From the NCBI GenBank assembly GCA_037200205.1, contig JBBCHV010000028.1, positions 75,856 to 139,855 on the forward strand: DNA of 64,000 nt, given 5' to 3'. How positions within the stretch are numbered: position 1 is the first letter of the stretch; each line of letters starts with the position of its first letter. This document shows, one piece after another, positions 11,901-23,882 of the stretch. The stretch is from Chthoniobacter sp. (GTDB taxonomy: Bacteria > Verrucomicrobiota > Verrucomicrobiia > Chthoniobacterales > Chthoniobacteraceae). Position numbers and translations under genes: made by a program. The notes beneath the pieces were generated by a model. It was not told the DNA's origin and searched no databases. It worked only from the letters and a program-made list of their open reading frames with translations.

Positions 11901-12036
11901 CTTTTTTCTCATCGGATACCTTGGTATGCTGCGCGATGATCTTTTTCAGGGCCTCATCCGCACCCTGGAAATCCGCGCCTCTCAGCGGCACAAAAGCGAG
12001 CACGATCAATCCGGCAAGGGGGAACACAGATTTCAT
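8975..12036 (-). CDS. Large secreted TPR-repeat protein, C-terminal frameshift near 9190
   Basis: Signal peptide MKSVFPLAG; TPR-like helices such as AARAAIAIDPS, YQRAFELMP, FSKAVKLDPDYFNAW. Confidence 0.75.
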
Positions 12037-12270
12037 AGGGGCAACCTCCGTCGCGCTTTTCTCACCAATTCCACCCCCAAGCAAGACTTCTTCCCCGTTC
12101 TCCTCTTCCGCCCATCCTTCCACTGTCACCAATCGACGCGGAAGCGAAGGTAATCGAGCCGAATCGAAGAGAAAATTTCCTGTGATGTTCAAACCCTTCG
12201 GCAACAATGGGCCTCCCGAATGCGCTTGGGGTGAACTCGCACTACCGACCGCGAACCTCCTCCTCTTCCC

Positions 12271-13248
12271 ATGTCTCCGCCTACCTACCAAGTGCCCCAG
12301 TGGAACATGCCGCATTTCAACTTCGGTTGGATCTGGCGCGGCATCGTCGCCTTCTTCCTCCTTTTGACGCTGCTCTCGTGCTACTCGTCGGTGCCGGCGG
12401 ATTCGGTCGGCGTGCTGCTGCGCTTCGGCAAGTTCAAGGACATCGTGCAGCCGGGATTGGTCTTCAAGCTTCCACTGGGCATCGACCAGATCGTCCTCGT
12501 CGCCGTCCAGCGTCAGAACAAACTCGAATTCGGGTTTTCCACCGAGGGCGCGACCAACGCCGATCAGGCTCCGCGGGAACCGGAAGAGGAGCAGAGCATG
12601 GTGACCGGCGATCTCAACATGGCGCTCGTCGAGTGGGTCGTGCAGTATCGGATCGAAGACCCCAAACAGTATCTCTTTCACGTTCACTCGCCTGGCCAGA
12701 CCTTGCGCGATGCCAGCGAATCGGCCATGCGCGAGGTGGTCGGCGACCGCACGGTGGATGAAGTGCTCACCATCGGCCGGCAGGAGATCGAGAATGAAAC
12801 GCTGGTCCGGCTGCAAGACCTCTCGAAACAATACGGGCTCGGGATCAGCGTGATGCAGGTGCAACTCAAGGACGTGCATCCGCCGCGCAATGTGCAGTCC
12901 TCTTTCAACGAAGTGAACCAGGCGCAGCAGGAGAAAGAGCAGATGATCAATGTCGCCAATGGCGAATACAACAAGGTGGTCCCGCGGGCCCGCGGCGAGG
13001 CCGATCAAAAAATCCGCGGCGCCGAAGGCTACGCGCTGGGCCGCGTCAACCAGGCGCAGGGCGATGCGGACCGTTTCAGCGCCTTGCTCGCGGAGTATCT
13101 CAAGGCGCCGGAAGTCACCCGGGAGCGCATGTATCTGGAGACGATGACGGAAATCCTCCCGCAGTTTGAGCGCAAGGTGATCATCGACGACAGCGTCTCG
13201 CCATTGCTCCCGCTGCTGAACCTCGACCCGAAAGAGAAAGCGAAATAA
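12271..13248 (+). CDS. hflK: FtsH modulator HflK
   Basis: TM plus SPFH domain, MVTGDLN, FNEVNQAQQ, APEVTRERMYLE; upstream of hflC. Confidence 0.93.
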   Translation: MSPPTYQVPQWNMPHFNFGWIWRGIVAFFLLLTLLSCYSSVPADSVGVLLRFGKFKDIVQPGLVFKLPLGIDQIVLVAVQRQNKLEFGFSTEGATNADQAPREPEEEQSMVTGDLNMALVEWVVQYRIEDPKQYLFHVHSPGQTLRDASESAMREVVGDRTVDEVLTIGRQEIENETLVRLQDLSKQYGLGISVMQVQLKDVHPPRNVQSSFNEVNQAQQEKEQMINVANGEYNKVVPRARGEADQKIRGAEGYALGRVNQAQGDADRFSALLAEYLKAPEVTRERMYLETMTEILPQFERKVIIDDSVSPLLPLLNLDPKEKAK

Positions 13249-13253
13249 CGACT

Positions 13254-14249
13254 ATGAATCCCAAGGTCTTCTCCATCCTGCTGCTTATCGTCGCCGTCCT
13301 CGCGCTGTTCGCCGTCTCGGGTGCTTTCTACACCGTCTCCGAGACCGAGCAGGTCATCATCACGCAATTTGGCAAACCCGTCGGCGAGCCGATTACCGAG
13401 GCGGGGCTGCACTTCAAGACCCCGCTCATCCAGGACGTGCATAGCATCGAGAAGCGCGTCCTCGAGTGGGACGGCCCCGTCGCCGAGATGCCGACCAAGG
13501 ACAAGCTCTACATCGTGGTCGATACCTTTGCCCGCTGGCGCATCAGCAATCCGTCGCAGTACTACATCCGCCTGAGCGATCTGCGCAGCGCGCAATCCCG
13601 GCTGAATGACATCCTCGGCAGTGAGACGCGCAATACCGTGGCGCGCCACGAGCTCGTGGAGATGATTCGCACGACGAAGGACCGCAAGGCGGCGGTCGAC
13701 GAGACGCTCGTGGCCGGCAGCGGCTCGGTGGCCGCGGGATTGCCACCCATTCAGTTTGGGCGCGTCGCGCTGGAAAAGGAGATCACCGACGAAGCGCGCG
13801 GCAAGCTGGCGGAATTCGGGATCGAACTGCTCGACGTGCGCTTCAAGCGCATCAACTACAATCCCGCCGTGAGCGCGAAGATTTACGATCGCATGACCAG
13901 CGAACGCCGGCAGATCGCCGAGCGCTTTCGCAGCGAAGGCGAGGGTGAAGCGGCCAAGATCATCGGCAGCAAGGAACGCGACTTGAAGGAGATCGAGTCC
14001 AAGGCGTATCGCGAAGTGCAGACCGTCGAGGGCAAGGCCGATGCCGAGGCCACGGCCATTTATGCCAAGGCCTTCAACTCCAGCCAGGAAGCGCGCGACC
14101 TCTACCAATTCCAGCGCACCCTCGATACGTACAAGACCTCCTTCCAAGGCCAGACCACGCTCATCCTCAGCACGCAAAGCAGCTTCCTCCGCTTCCTCAA
14201 GGGAGCCTCTCCTGCCTCCACTCCTGCTCCGGCCCAGGCAGCGCCGTAG
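13254..14249 (+). CDS. hflC: FtsH modulator HflC
   Basis: ITQFGKP, PTKDK, DVRFKRI, RMTSERRQIAERFRSEG. Confidence 0.93.
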   Translation: MNPKVFSILLLIVAVLALFAVSGAFYTVSETEQVIITQFGKPVGEPITEAGLHFKTPLIQDVHSIEKRVLEWDGPVAEMPTKDKLYIVVDTFARWRISNPSQYYIRLSDLRSAQSRLNDILGSETRNTVARHELVEMIRTTKDRKAAVDETLVAGSGSVAAGLPPIQFGRVALEKEITDEARGKLAEFGIELLDVRFKRINYNPAVSAKIYDRMTSERRQIAERFRSEGEGEAAKIIGSKERDLKEIESKAYREVQTVEGKADAEATAIYAKAFNSSQEARDLYQFQRTLDTYKTSFQGQTTLILSTQSSFLRFLKGASPASTPAPAQAAP

Positions 14250-14323
14250 TCTTGTGCTTGCCGCGTTCCATACGTCCCCGTAAGTCTCGACGCACGATAG
14301 TGATCTAAAGGTCGGCCCTACTG

Positions 14324-15148
14324 ATGAGTACCGAATTGCGCATCCTCCACCTGGAAGACAACGACAACGATGCCCTGCTGGTCGAATCCACGCTCCAGCG
14401 AAACCATTTCGTGTGTGAGATCGATCGGGTCGAGACGCGCGACGCCTTCATTGCGGCGCTGGATCGCGGCGGATACGATCTGATTCTCTCGGACTTCTCG
14501 CTGCCCTCCTTCGACGGGCTGGCCGCGCTGGAACTTGCGCGGCTCAAGCGGCCCGATGTGCCCTTCCTCTTCGTCTCCGGAACGATCGGCGAAGACACCG
14601 CCATCGATGCGCTCAAGTCGGGCGCCACCGACTACATTCTCAAGCAACGGCTGGGCCGCCTGGTGCCGGCGGTGCACCGGGCGCTCGTCGATGCCGCCGA
14701 GCGCGCGGCTCTGCGGCGCGCGGAGGAAGCGATGATCCAATCGGAACACAAATACCGCCATCTCTTCGAGTGTCTCAGCGAAGCCGCCCTCCTCACCGAT
14801 ATCCGCAATGGACGGGTGATCGATACCAATCGCCAGGCGGAGATCCTCTTCGGGCGGCCACGTTCGCAGATTGTCGGCTCCTACATCGAGCAGTTGCTTT
14901 CGCCGGGCACGCTCGCGGAATTCCGCCGCCACTTCACCGGGGAATCGACCTCCGACGGGCGCGTGGTGTTCGAGGGCGAGATCCCTTCCGCCGACGGCCC
15001 CGCCGTGCCGGTCTCGATCAGCGCCACGCCGATCGTGCTTTACGGGCGCCGTCTCGTCGTCGGCCTTTATCGCGATGTCACCGAACGCAAGCGCGCCGAG
15101 GCGGAGATCGAGCAGCTCAAGGCTCAGCTCGCGCAGCGCCAGGGCTGA
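14324..15148 (+). CDS. Receiver + PAS domain signalling protein with no output domain
   Basis: ILHLEDN, ILSDF, GATDYILK receiver; PAS ending RDVTERK. Confidence 0.85.
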   Translation: MSTELRILHLEDNDNDALLVESTLQRNHFVCEIDRVETRDAFIAALDRGGYDLILSDFSLPSFDGLAALELARLKRPDVPFLFVSGTIGEDTAIDALKSGATDYILKQRLGRLVPAVHRALVDAAERAALRRAEEAMIQSEHKYRHLFECLSEAALLTDIRNGRVIDTNRQAEILFGRPRSQIVGSYIEQLLSPGTLAEFRRHFTGESTSDGRVVFEGEIPSADGPAVPVSISATPIVLYGRRLVVGLYRDVTERKRAEAEIEQLKAQLAQRQG

Positions 15149-15187
15149 TTTTTTCGCCGCCCTTTTTCATCCGCGCTGTCCGCCGCG

Positions 15188-15217
15188 CTTTTCCATTTTC
15201 CATTTTCCATTTTCCAT
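15188..15217. repeat. Heptamer tandem repeat (TTTTCCA, about 4 units)
   Basis: Read directly from the sequence. Confidence 0.85.
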
Positions 15218-15240
15218 CCGCCTTCCATAGTGCCGCCCCG

Positions 15241-16005
15241 ATGAAATTCCTCCCGCTCCTCGCCCTCACCATGCTCGCCACCAGCCTCACCGCTCCCGCC
15301 GCCGATACCGACACGCGCGTCTTCGAGATGCGCACCTACCACGCCGCCGCCGGCAAGCTCGACGACCTCAACGCCCGCTTCCGCAATCACACCGTCGCGC
15401 TTTTCGAAAAGCACGGCATCACGAATATCGGCTACTGGACGCCGATCGAAAATCCCGACAACCTCCTCATCTACGTCCTCGCCTATCCCACGCGTGAAGC
15501 GCGCGAGACCTCGTGGAAGGAATTCCAGGCCGACGAGGATTGGAAAAAAGCCAAGGCGGATTCCGAAGTCAACGGCAAGCTCGTGGACAAGGTCGACCAG
15601 CTCTTCCTCTCCGCCACGGACTTCTCGCCCGCGATCCAGCCCTCGACCGGCTCCGGCGGGCGCGTCTTCGAGCTGCGCACCTACACCACCACGCCGAATA
15701 ATCTCCCCATTCTGCACGCGCGTTTCCGCGATCACACCATCGCGCTCTTCGCCAAACATGGCATGACGAATCTCTTCTACTGGAAGCTCCTGCCCGACCA
15801 GCCCAATGCGGAAAACACGCTCGTCTATCTCCTCGCCCACGCCAGCGTGGATGCGGCCAAGGCTTCCTTCGAAGCCTTCCGCGCGGATCCCGATTGGATC
15901 GCCGCGAGGAAAGCGAGCGAAGAAAAAGGCGGCGGCTCGCTGACCGTTCCCGACGGCGTAAAGTCCGTCTTCCTCAAGGCAACGGACTACTCGCCGACGC
16001 ACTGA
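15241..16005 (+). CDS. Secreted double NIPSNAP-domain protein
   Basis: Two repeats FE(M/L)RTY...ARFRxHTxxLFxKHG...ATD(F/Y)SP after a signal peptide. Confidence 0.9.
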   Translation: MKFLPLLALTMLATSLTAPAADTDTRVFEMRTYHAAAGKLDDLNARFRNHTVALFEKHGITNIGYWTPIENPDNLLIYVLAYPTREARETSWKEFQADEDWKKAKADSEVNGKLVDKVDQLFLSATDFSPAIQPSTGSGGRVFELRTYTTTPNNLPILHARFRDHTIALFAKHGMTNLFYWKLLPDQPNAENTLVYLLAHASVDAAKASFEAFRADPDWIAARKASEEKGGGSLTVPDGVKSVFLKATDYSPTH

Positions 16006-17895
16006 GCCGGTCGCGCCGCCAGGCGAGCACGATCAAGACCACGGCGAGGCCGCCGCTGATCACCAGCAACGGCAGCAAGCTGGCGCGGCTTTGCGGGAAG
16101 AAGAATTCGCCCACGTTGAAGGAATTCCAATCGGTCTCCTCCGAGCCCGCTGGGAACATGCTGAACGTCAGCAAGCCATCGTACGCGCCGATGGGATTGA
16201 CCGATACCGGCCCGCGAATCGCGCCGAGGATGAAGGGACTCGAGTCCCCGCGGGCAATGCTCTCGCGCATGTCCTTCTCCAGCGCCGCGAGGCGGGTCTT
16301 GCGCTCGGGTTCGGCGACATCGTCTTCCTTGAGTTGTGCCTCTTCCTTGTCGAGCCGCGCGGCGATCAACTGGTTCAGGACCGGCCACGCGCGTCCATAG
16401 GCGAAGAGCGGCCACGCGTATTCGCCCACGATCTGGCAGAAGAAGTCGTCCTTGCGATGCGCATCGTCGATGCGCGCATGTCCGCCGACAGCGAGCGAGT
16501 TCTGCGCATCGGTCGCCGTGAGTAGCGTCTGCTGGACGATCGAGATCAGCGCCAGGGCGGAGGTCAGCCAGCGCCAGCGCATAAAGGCGACGATCAACGG
16601 CAGGGCGAGAAAGGGCAGACCCGGCACGAGATAGCGCGGGCCGGCGGCAAAGCCGCCGTGATAGCCATTGAAACAGACGTTCACGAGGAAGAAGAAACCG
16701 AAGATGGCGAGACACAGCCGCGCCTCGGCGACCCAAGTCTTTTCGCGCAGCCAGACGATGAGGCCGTAGACGCCCATGATCGTCACCGGCGCGAGGAAGA
16801 AGATGCCGCGATAAGGCGAGACCGTGAGCAACCCCGCGACGTAGGGATTCGGCATGTAGAACATCCCGAGAAAGGCGGTCGTGTCCTTGAAGAGCGGGTT
16901 CTGGAAGTCGTTCGTAAACTTGAAGGGGAAGCGAAGTTCACGACGTTGTAGGAGCAGAGCGCGACCGCCGGCAGCGCGACGCCGAGCAGATACCAGATCG
17001 CCGCGCGCCAATTCCACGCCCGCTTTCCACCCGTCGAGAGCGTGCCCAGCAGCGCATAGATTCCCAGGATCACTCCGGCGCCGAAGGCGACGTAATTGGT
17101 GACGACGGCGATACCGCACACATTCCCGCCAGCAGCACGCGACCGGGCGATGGACGCTCCCTGCCGCGCACGCGCCACAGGCAGGCAAACGCTATCAACA
17201 AAAACACCGCCGTGAGATCATGATCGAAAAGCAGCGTGCCAAACGGAAAGAACGTGGTGCCGAAGGCGAACGACAGCGTGGCCAGCAGCGCCGGCAGCGC
17301 CTGGCCAGCGGCCATCTCGCGAGCGAGCCGGAAGAAGACCACGCACCCGAAGGCCGAGATCAGCCCCACGCTCAGGGCCGAGGTCAGCCACGAGTTCACC
17401 GTCAGCGTCCACCAGTCGTCCGGATTCCACCCGCGCCATTTCTCGAAATGATAGATGAGCCAGTAGGCCGGCACGGCCAGAAAGGTCGTGCCGGGCGGCT
17501 TGTTCGGATGAAATTGCCCTGTCCACGGCACATAGCCGATGTCGCCCGAGGAGCACTCCTCGATCATCGGCATGTTCTTCGCGTCGGGCGTCCGCGAATC
17601 CTCATTCACCGGTAAAGTTCGTAGGCCATATCCACCCACGACAATGCGCGGACCTGGCCTTCCCAGGTATATTCCGCGTGATTCAACGGCAGCCGCACGA
17701 AGCGCCGGGCCCGTCGCGTCGCCGGATCGACCTTGTAGACGAGGAAGTCATCGATGGCGAAACGCCCCTCCTCCACGATGGCGCGCACCTCCGCGAAACG
17801 CGAATTCTGGTTCCATCCCCGCCCTGATGAAACCAGGCGAACGCGACGAAACAGCTTAAAAACAGCAACCACTCAAAGCGCCGGAGCGGAACCAT
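15974..17895 (-). CDS. Polytopic membrane protein, possibly GT-C glycosyltransferase-like; frameshifted
   Basis: GGWNQNSRF-like start, NKPPGT, SPYRGIFF, GPRYLVP and many TM segments over four fragments. Confidence 0.6.
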
Positions 17896-18009
17896 TAGCG
17901 AAGAAAAAGTGATGCGGACGAACCATGCGGGGAAAGGGACGGCGGAGAAGTTGCCCGCATTCATCCGCGAGCGGAATCTTTTTCGCGCCCGCTCGACGAT
18001 CTCGTGAAA

Positions 18010-19076
18010 CTACCTGAGCAACAAAATCGGCGGCGCGTACTTGTCCGTGCGGTAGTTGAACTGCTGGCCCGCTTTACACGGGCGCGAGAAGATCAGAAAG
18101 GTCATGTCCGCCGCCGTCGTCTTGATCTCGTAAGGCTCCTCCCGTATCCAGCCTTCCTTCATGAGCTTTTCCGCCGTCATGAAAGTCTTGGCGTCCTCTG
18201 GCGGAGCCGTCGTGCCCCAGCGCGCCGGGCACCCGAGATAGACCACGCCATCGGTCTTCACTTTGAACTTCACGGCCAGGCCATGGGCCTTGTGCTGGGT
18301 GAATTGCAAACCGGCGAACACCGCCGGAATGCCGGTGATTTTGACATCGCGATCGCTCCAGATCTTTTCGTCAGCAACCAGTTTCAAGACTCCCGCATCC
18401 TGGACCTCGACCTTGGCGATGAGCGCCGCATCGACTGGCCGGCCCACGGACGCCGCGGGCTTCGCCGCCGCCGAAGTAGTCGGCGCATTCGGCGCCGGCT
18501 CCGAGCCGCCCTGCAACCACGTCGAGACGATAAGTTCCCGCCGGTCTTTCACCAGGAGTGCGTCGTCGAGGCGCCCCGCGCTTCGTCAAAACCGTTTGCG
18601 CGTTGGCGAGGACGGCGTCGTAACGCATTTGCACCACCTTGGTTTTATCCGCGCGATCCCTGGCCAGCCGGCCGTTTCCGTCTTCCAGTTCGCTCGCAAT
18701 TGCTTGAGGGAGCCAGGAATGTCGCATCGCCTTCCAGCGTGATGTCCTTCGCGGTCGGGAAGAGGTCTCTCTCTTTGCGCCACGCGATGACGCCCTCGAG
18801 GTCGCCCGCACTCGTCGCCCTGGCGATGCCTCCCTCGACCGCGGCCAGATACTGTTGTCGCGCCTTGCTCACATCGAGATCGCACGGGACGGTCACCTCC
18901 TTCGTGAGGACCGCCCTCCACTGATCATTCAGGTCGTCGAGCCACCTTTTCAGTTCGGCCTGGGGGGCTGGGGTCGCTGCCGGACTCGCCTGGCCGGAAG
19001 GAGGCGCTTCCTGGGCTCGCACGGCGATCATCGCCATGCTGGCAAACAACAAAACAGCTCTTGTCAGCGTAGTCAT
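18010..19076 (-). CDS. Secreted hypothetical protein, frameshifted
   Basis: Signal peptide MTTLTRAVLL; helical N-domain; separate C-domain in ORF 18010-18552. Confidence 0.55.
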
Positions 19077-19208
19077 ATTCCGACGGGGAAACCGTTCGGG
19101 GTCATAACGAAAAGACAAGGAGCCCGACAAGCAAATTACCCCTCGCCCGACATCGCAGGAGTTCGCCGCTGGGAACCAACGCGAGGGCGGCGTCCGATTC
19201 AGCATCCC

Positions 19209-19759
19209 ATGAAGCCAGTCGTTCTCACCGTTTCCATTCCCGCCACTATTTTGAGTTGCCAGGTCAATGCGGGCGACGACATCGCCGAAGGGCCTTCCGC
19301 CGATGTGCCTGAACTGAAGGAACTTCACCACTACGCCGGCCAGTGGGAGGACGAGATCGCCGGCCGGCCCGATGTGCGGCGCACGGAGACGGGCGAATGG
19401 ATCCTCAACGGCCGTTTCCTGCGCCAGTCCTGGTCCACGGAGTCAAACGATGGCGCGCCACCCGCCCACGGCCTGACTCTCATGACCTACGATACCGAGC
19501 GCAAAGTCTATCGCAGTTGGGCCTTCCTCGCCACGGTTCGGTTATTGAAAACGAGGGGGTGTGGGACGCGATCACGAAGACCTTCACCTGGGGCCATCGG
19601 GTACCGGAAACGTCGGGCACCGTCATCACCAAGGCTTCCTTCGCCGTCGAAGCCACCCAATCGTGGAGCATCGTGAAGACCGATGCGCACGACAAAGTCC
19701 TTCGCGAGGTCGCCGGTCGCAGTATTCGCCGCACCCTGCCCGCCCTGCACGCCGCCTGA
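19209..19759 (+). CDS. DUF1579-like secreted protein, frameshift near 19535
   Basis: PELKEL..GQW, EWILNGRFL, MTYD....YRSW, EGVWD...TFTW. Confidence 0.6.
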
Positions 19760-20026
19760 TTGGTTGTGATGCAAGTCGGAGTTGGAAACTTTCGGCCCAC
19801 TCTTTTTCCACCCAGGGTCTCTCTCTGGCCTAAGGCTGTGCCGCACGTTTAAAAAGCGCGGCCCTTCCTCCTTTGCGGGAATGTGCTGTAACAGGGGGAA
19901 GGGCCGCTTGGGATGTTGTCCGCAGGTATGACGCTGCCGACAAACTAGATTTCGGACCGCGCGGCTCCGCGGATGTATCGCCGCACCATTTTTTGCGCGT
20001 CCCTTCCCCTTCTCCCGCGACTGCCC

Positions 20027-21627
20027 CTATTTTCCCGGCGCTCCGACTTCCACGGCGGGCATGTCCAGCACCTGCTTCTGCGCGAGCAAGCGTTCCCGCA
20101 ACGCCGGATAGCGCACTTCCTGCACCCCGATGTTTTCCTTCGCCGCCAGCGCCGCGGCGACGCCCGCACTTTGCCCCAGGATCATCCACGTGGGCTCCAC
20201 CCGCACCGAACAATACGCCACGTGCGTGCAAGACAGCGCCACCGGCACGAGCAGGTTCGTACACTCGGCTGCGCGCGGCGTCAGGCTGCGATAGGGAATT
20301 TGATAGGCCACCCCGTGCCTTCGACCCGCGGCGCGCACGGGGAAAATCGTTCCTTCGTTCACCACGCCATCCGCCGTCCCCACGCGCTGGCAGTCATGCG
20401 AATCGATGGGAAACGAAGACACCACCACCGCGTCCTCCTTCCCGGGTTGCTCCTGAATGTCTTTCTGGCTCAACACAAAGGCGCCCCGCATCCGGCGCCC
20501 TTCCCGCACATAGAGCTGGGGAGACCAATGGCCGGAATCGGGAAACTCGTCGGCGCACAGGCCTAACTCGCCCATCTGGTTTCGCAAAGGCTCCGGCACC
20601 GCGGGATCGGTGGTCAGAAAATGGTATAACTCCAGTGTGTATTGCCGGTGTGCTTCCCAGATCTGCGCGCGCCCGGTTTCATCCGCTTCGCACCAGCCAT
20701 GCCGGCCCCCACCAGGCCCATCGAGAATTGCTTTCCGATGCCATTGTTCGCGTCGAACTTTCCGCCCGGCAACGGATACAGATCCCAAAGCAGGACCGGC
20801 TTTTTCTCCTGCGCAAAATAGCGCCGCACCACCTCGAATCGCGCGGGATCATAGTGGGCCGGCTCGGGGAAAGGCGCCCGATTGGCCGCTTCCTTCGTCA
20901 GGCACAGCCGGAAGCTATACACCATCACTCTCCGGTCTCCCTCCTCGGTCGGGCCGGCATCCGTGGTGGTGATCAGCGGCAGCATTTTCCCTGCGGCATC
21001 GAGTCCGGAAATCGGCAGCTTCACCTTGGGATACTGCCGGCCCGCCAGCGATTCCCCGAACTCCGCCCGGCTTTCGCGCCCGATCGTCCAGCTCACCCCG
21101 GCTGCCGCCATGAGATCGCCCTCGTAAGTGGCATCGATGAAGACCTTCGCGCGAAATTCGCCGTCGCTCGTGACGATCTGGCGGATCTGCGCACCCTCCT
21201 TGTCCACCGATTTCAGGGCATGCCTGGGCAGGACCTGCACCTTCGCCTCGGCGAGCATGGCCTTCGTAATCCGCATGGCCACATGGGGTTCGTAAGTCCA
21301 TGGCCGTTGATCCTTTTCGCTGACTTTGTAAGGCAGCTCCACCCCGCGTTCCTGGTAATCCTTCTCCACCCGGCTGTGCCACTCCTCAAACAATCCCAGC
21401 ACCGTACTCCGCACCGTCTGGTTCGAGTCGCTAAAGCACAGCCCGCCCGTATTCACGCCGCCAATGTGGTCAGTCGGTTCCAACAAGATGACCGACTCTC
21501 CTTCCCGTGCCGCCGCGATCGCCGCGCAACACCCGCTGGGCGTGGCTCCATAGACGATCACATCGCACTCGGTGGCAGCATGGAGCCATGGGGCGAGAGC
21601 GAGGAGGAGGGCGATCAGTCTTTTCAT
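20027..21627 (-). CDS. FAD-dependent oxidoreductase, frameshift near 20715
   Basis: DVIVYGATPSG, FIDATYEGDL, QLYVREGRRM, YQIPYRSL, SVRVEP. Confidence 0.88.
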
Positions 21628-21674
21628 GTGGGGCCAATACTGGAAACTGTCGCCAGGCACAGCGTCAATCCTCC

Positions 21675-22190
21675 ATGAACCACGGCGAATTTCTCACCAG
21701 GCTGAGTATCTGGCTGGCGCTGATCGCCTATGTCGTCACCGCAGGCCTCCGACGGCACGCTCGCGGACGCGAACCGTAGCGGCGACGCGCCCGCGGGACG
21801 TGGACGCTCGGCTGCGCCTTCTTCCTCATTCACGTACTCTGCGCTTTCGGTTATTTCCACCATTGGAGTCATGCGGAAGCATATGATGAAACCGCGCGAC
21901 AAACCGCCGCGCTCACCGGCTGGCACTGGGGTGGCGGCCTGTACTTCAATTACGCCTTCGCCGCTGCCTGGCTGGCCGATGTGCTCTGGTGGTGGCTCGC
22001 ACCGCGAGGTTTCACCCGGCGTCCCCAGTGGATCACCGGCCTCTGGCACGGCTTCTTTTTCTTCATGGTCTTCAACGGCACGATCGTCTTCGGCCACGGC
22101 CCTGTGCGCGTGTTGGGCCTCGTCATTTGCCTCACCCTTGCCGCCCTCTGGCGGCGTGCCCCTGGCGAGCGTCTCAACCCTGAGAACTAA
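21675..22190 (+). CDS. Small membrane protein, frameshifted
   Basis: Hydrophobic segments, HHWSH-like motif, FFFMVFNGTIVF. Confidence 0.55.
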
Positions 22191-22241
22191 GCACTAAGAA
22201 CTTCATTCGCCACCCATCGTCACCCTCACACCCACCTCCCC

Positions 22242-22882
22242 ATGGCCCTCTTCCAACTCGACCCCGAAAGCATCGCCGCCCGCGTGCGCGCCTCCAGCCA
22301 CGCCACGCCACCACCCACGCTCGCCTCCTCCCTCGCGCGCGGCGTCCTTGGCTTCACCGTCGTCAGCGTCGCCGGTTTCCTGCCGTGGCCGATCCTGGAC
22401 CGCTGGTTCTCGCATCCCACCGAAATGGAGCTCTATCTCTCTTGCACCGCCGTCTTCATCGGCCTCAGCGGCCCGTGTCTGCACCGGCTCATCATCGGCC
22501 CCGGCTCGCTCTCGCGCTTTTACGCGCTCTTCGCCCTCGCCTTCATCGCCTACGCCGTCCTGTGGGTGACGTTTTGGGTGATGCTGCGCGGCGACGCCGG
22601 CGGTCTCCTCGGCCTCCTCGGCGGAACCGCCGCCATGGGCGCAATCCTTGCCCTGGCCTTCGACCACCCACGCGCCATGCCCAAGGTCATTGCGGCCCTC
22701 TTCGTCCTCAACGCCCTCGGCTACTACGCCGGCGGCAAGATCGAAGGCAAACTCGCCATCGATCATCGTCTCGTCGCCATGCTCCTGTGGGGCGCCTGTT
22801 ACGGTATCGGCTTCGGCGCCGGCCTCGGCGCGGCCTTCTACTTCTGCAGGAACGCGCCCGCGCTCTCCTGCGCGCCAACTAG
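22242..22882 (+). CDS. Multi-TM hypothetical membrane protein; 3' end uncertain
   Basis: About six hydrophobic helices; the ORF read-through to 23183 looks frameshift-derived. Confidence 0.65.
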
Positions 22883-23264
22883 GCTGAATCGACATTCCAA
22901 CCGGGAAGCCGCGTTCGCCCGGAGCGCGAGCACCGAAAGAAAAGCGGTAGACTGGAGGCTTGGCGACAGGTCCGGGGGCCGTGGGGACAAAAGCCGCGCC
23001 GCGGGTTCCCATGCCGGGGGTGGGGCCACGTGGCGGGTGGCGGACGAGCAGCGTGATTCCGCGACCAGATGGACTGGTCCCGCCGCTTTTCCGCCCACCC
23101 AAAAGTGGGAACCCGCGGCGCGGCTTCCCTACCTCGGTTTGGTCGGGGCGCGCGCTTTCTACTCCCATGTCTCCCGTTTTTGAATGTCGATTCAACCTAA
23201 CACTGCCCGAGGATGAACTTTTCCCACCGGGCAAGAATAGTCGCCAAAACCCTCGCAGCCTTTG

Positions 23265-23867
23265 CTATCTTCTGTTCCATGTTTCCGCAGCCGCGGCTTC
23301 GCGGGCCAGCAGAGTGCGCATGCGGACGGTGCTCCCAATGTCGTTTCCGTTGAATGTGCCGTCGTGGCGGAGCACACGATGGCACGGGATGGCAAAGGCG
23401 AGACGACAACGGGCGCAAGCGCTGCCCACCGCACGGATCGCTTTCGGTGAGCCGATCTTCCGGGCGACTTCGGTATAGGTCGAGGTCTGGCCGGCGGGGA
23501 TTTCCTGCACCGCTTTCCAGACCCGCTTTTGAAAAGCCGTGCCGCGCAGATCGAGCGGCAGGTCGAGACCACGGGCGGGCGCTTCGATAGAGGCGACGAC
23601 CCGGGCCAGCAGTTTCAGGTCGTCTCGTTCGGCGGATACCAGGTGTGCTTGCGGAAACTGCTGCTCCAAATCCGCAGGAGTTGATCCCGATCTTCGGCCA
23701 TCGAGATCGACACCACGCCTTTCTCGCTGAAGGCGGCCAGAATCGGCCCCAGCGAAGTTCGCCCGATGCCAAAACGGCTTTCCTCCACCGATGGGTCGGC
23801 GCGCCTTCGCCGCGGCGATTTCTTACTCCGCTTCGCTCCCCCCTTCCCGGTTGGGGATTTTTAGTCA
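23265..23867 (-). CDS. ogt: Methylated-DNA--protein-cysteine methyltransferase (Ogt / Ada C-terminal type), frameshifted; start uncertain
   Basis: GTAFQKRVW, IPAGQTSTY, RAVGSAC, IPCHRV active site. Confidence 0.85.
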
Positions 23868-23882
23868 CGCCGGCGCAGCCTC

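Noticed and set aside
9097-13008. 1303-aa ORF as a single giant protein
   Set aside because: The first ~325 aa are mostly antisense to hflK; a signal peptide marks the real start at 12036
19873-21678. Long antisense or alternate-frame ORFs (also 37668-39212, 42644-43936, 56454-58007, 57956-59344)
   Set aside because: Shadow ORFs of GC-rich genes with no motifs; the opposite strand carries recognisable proteins
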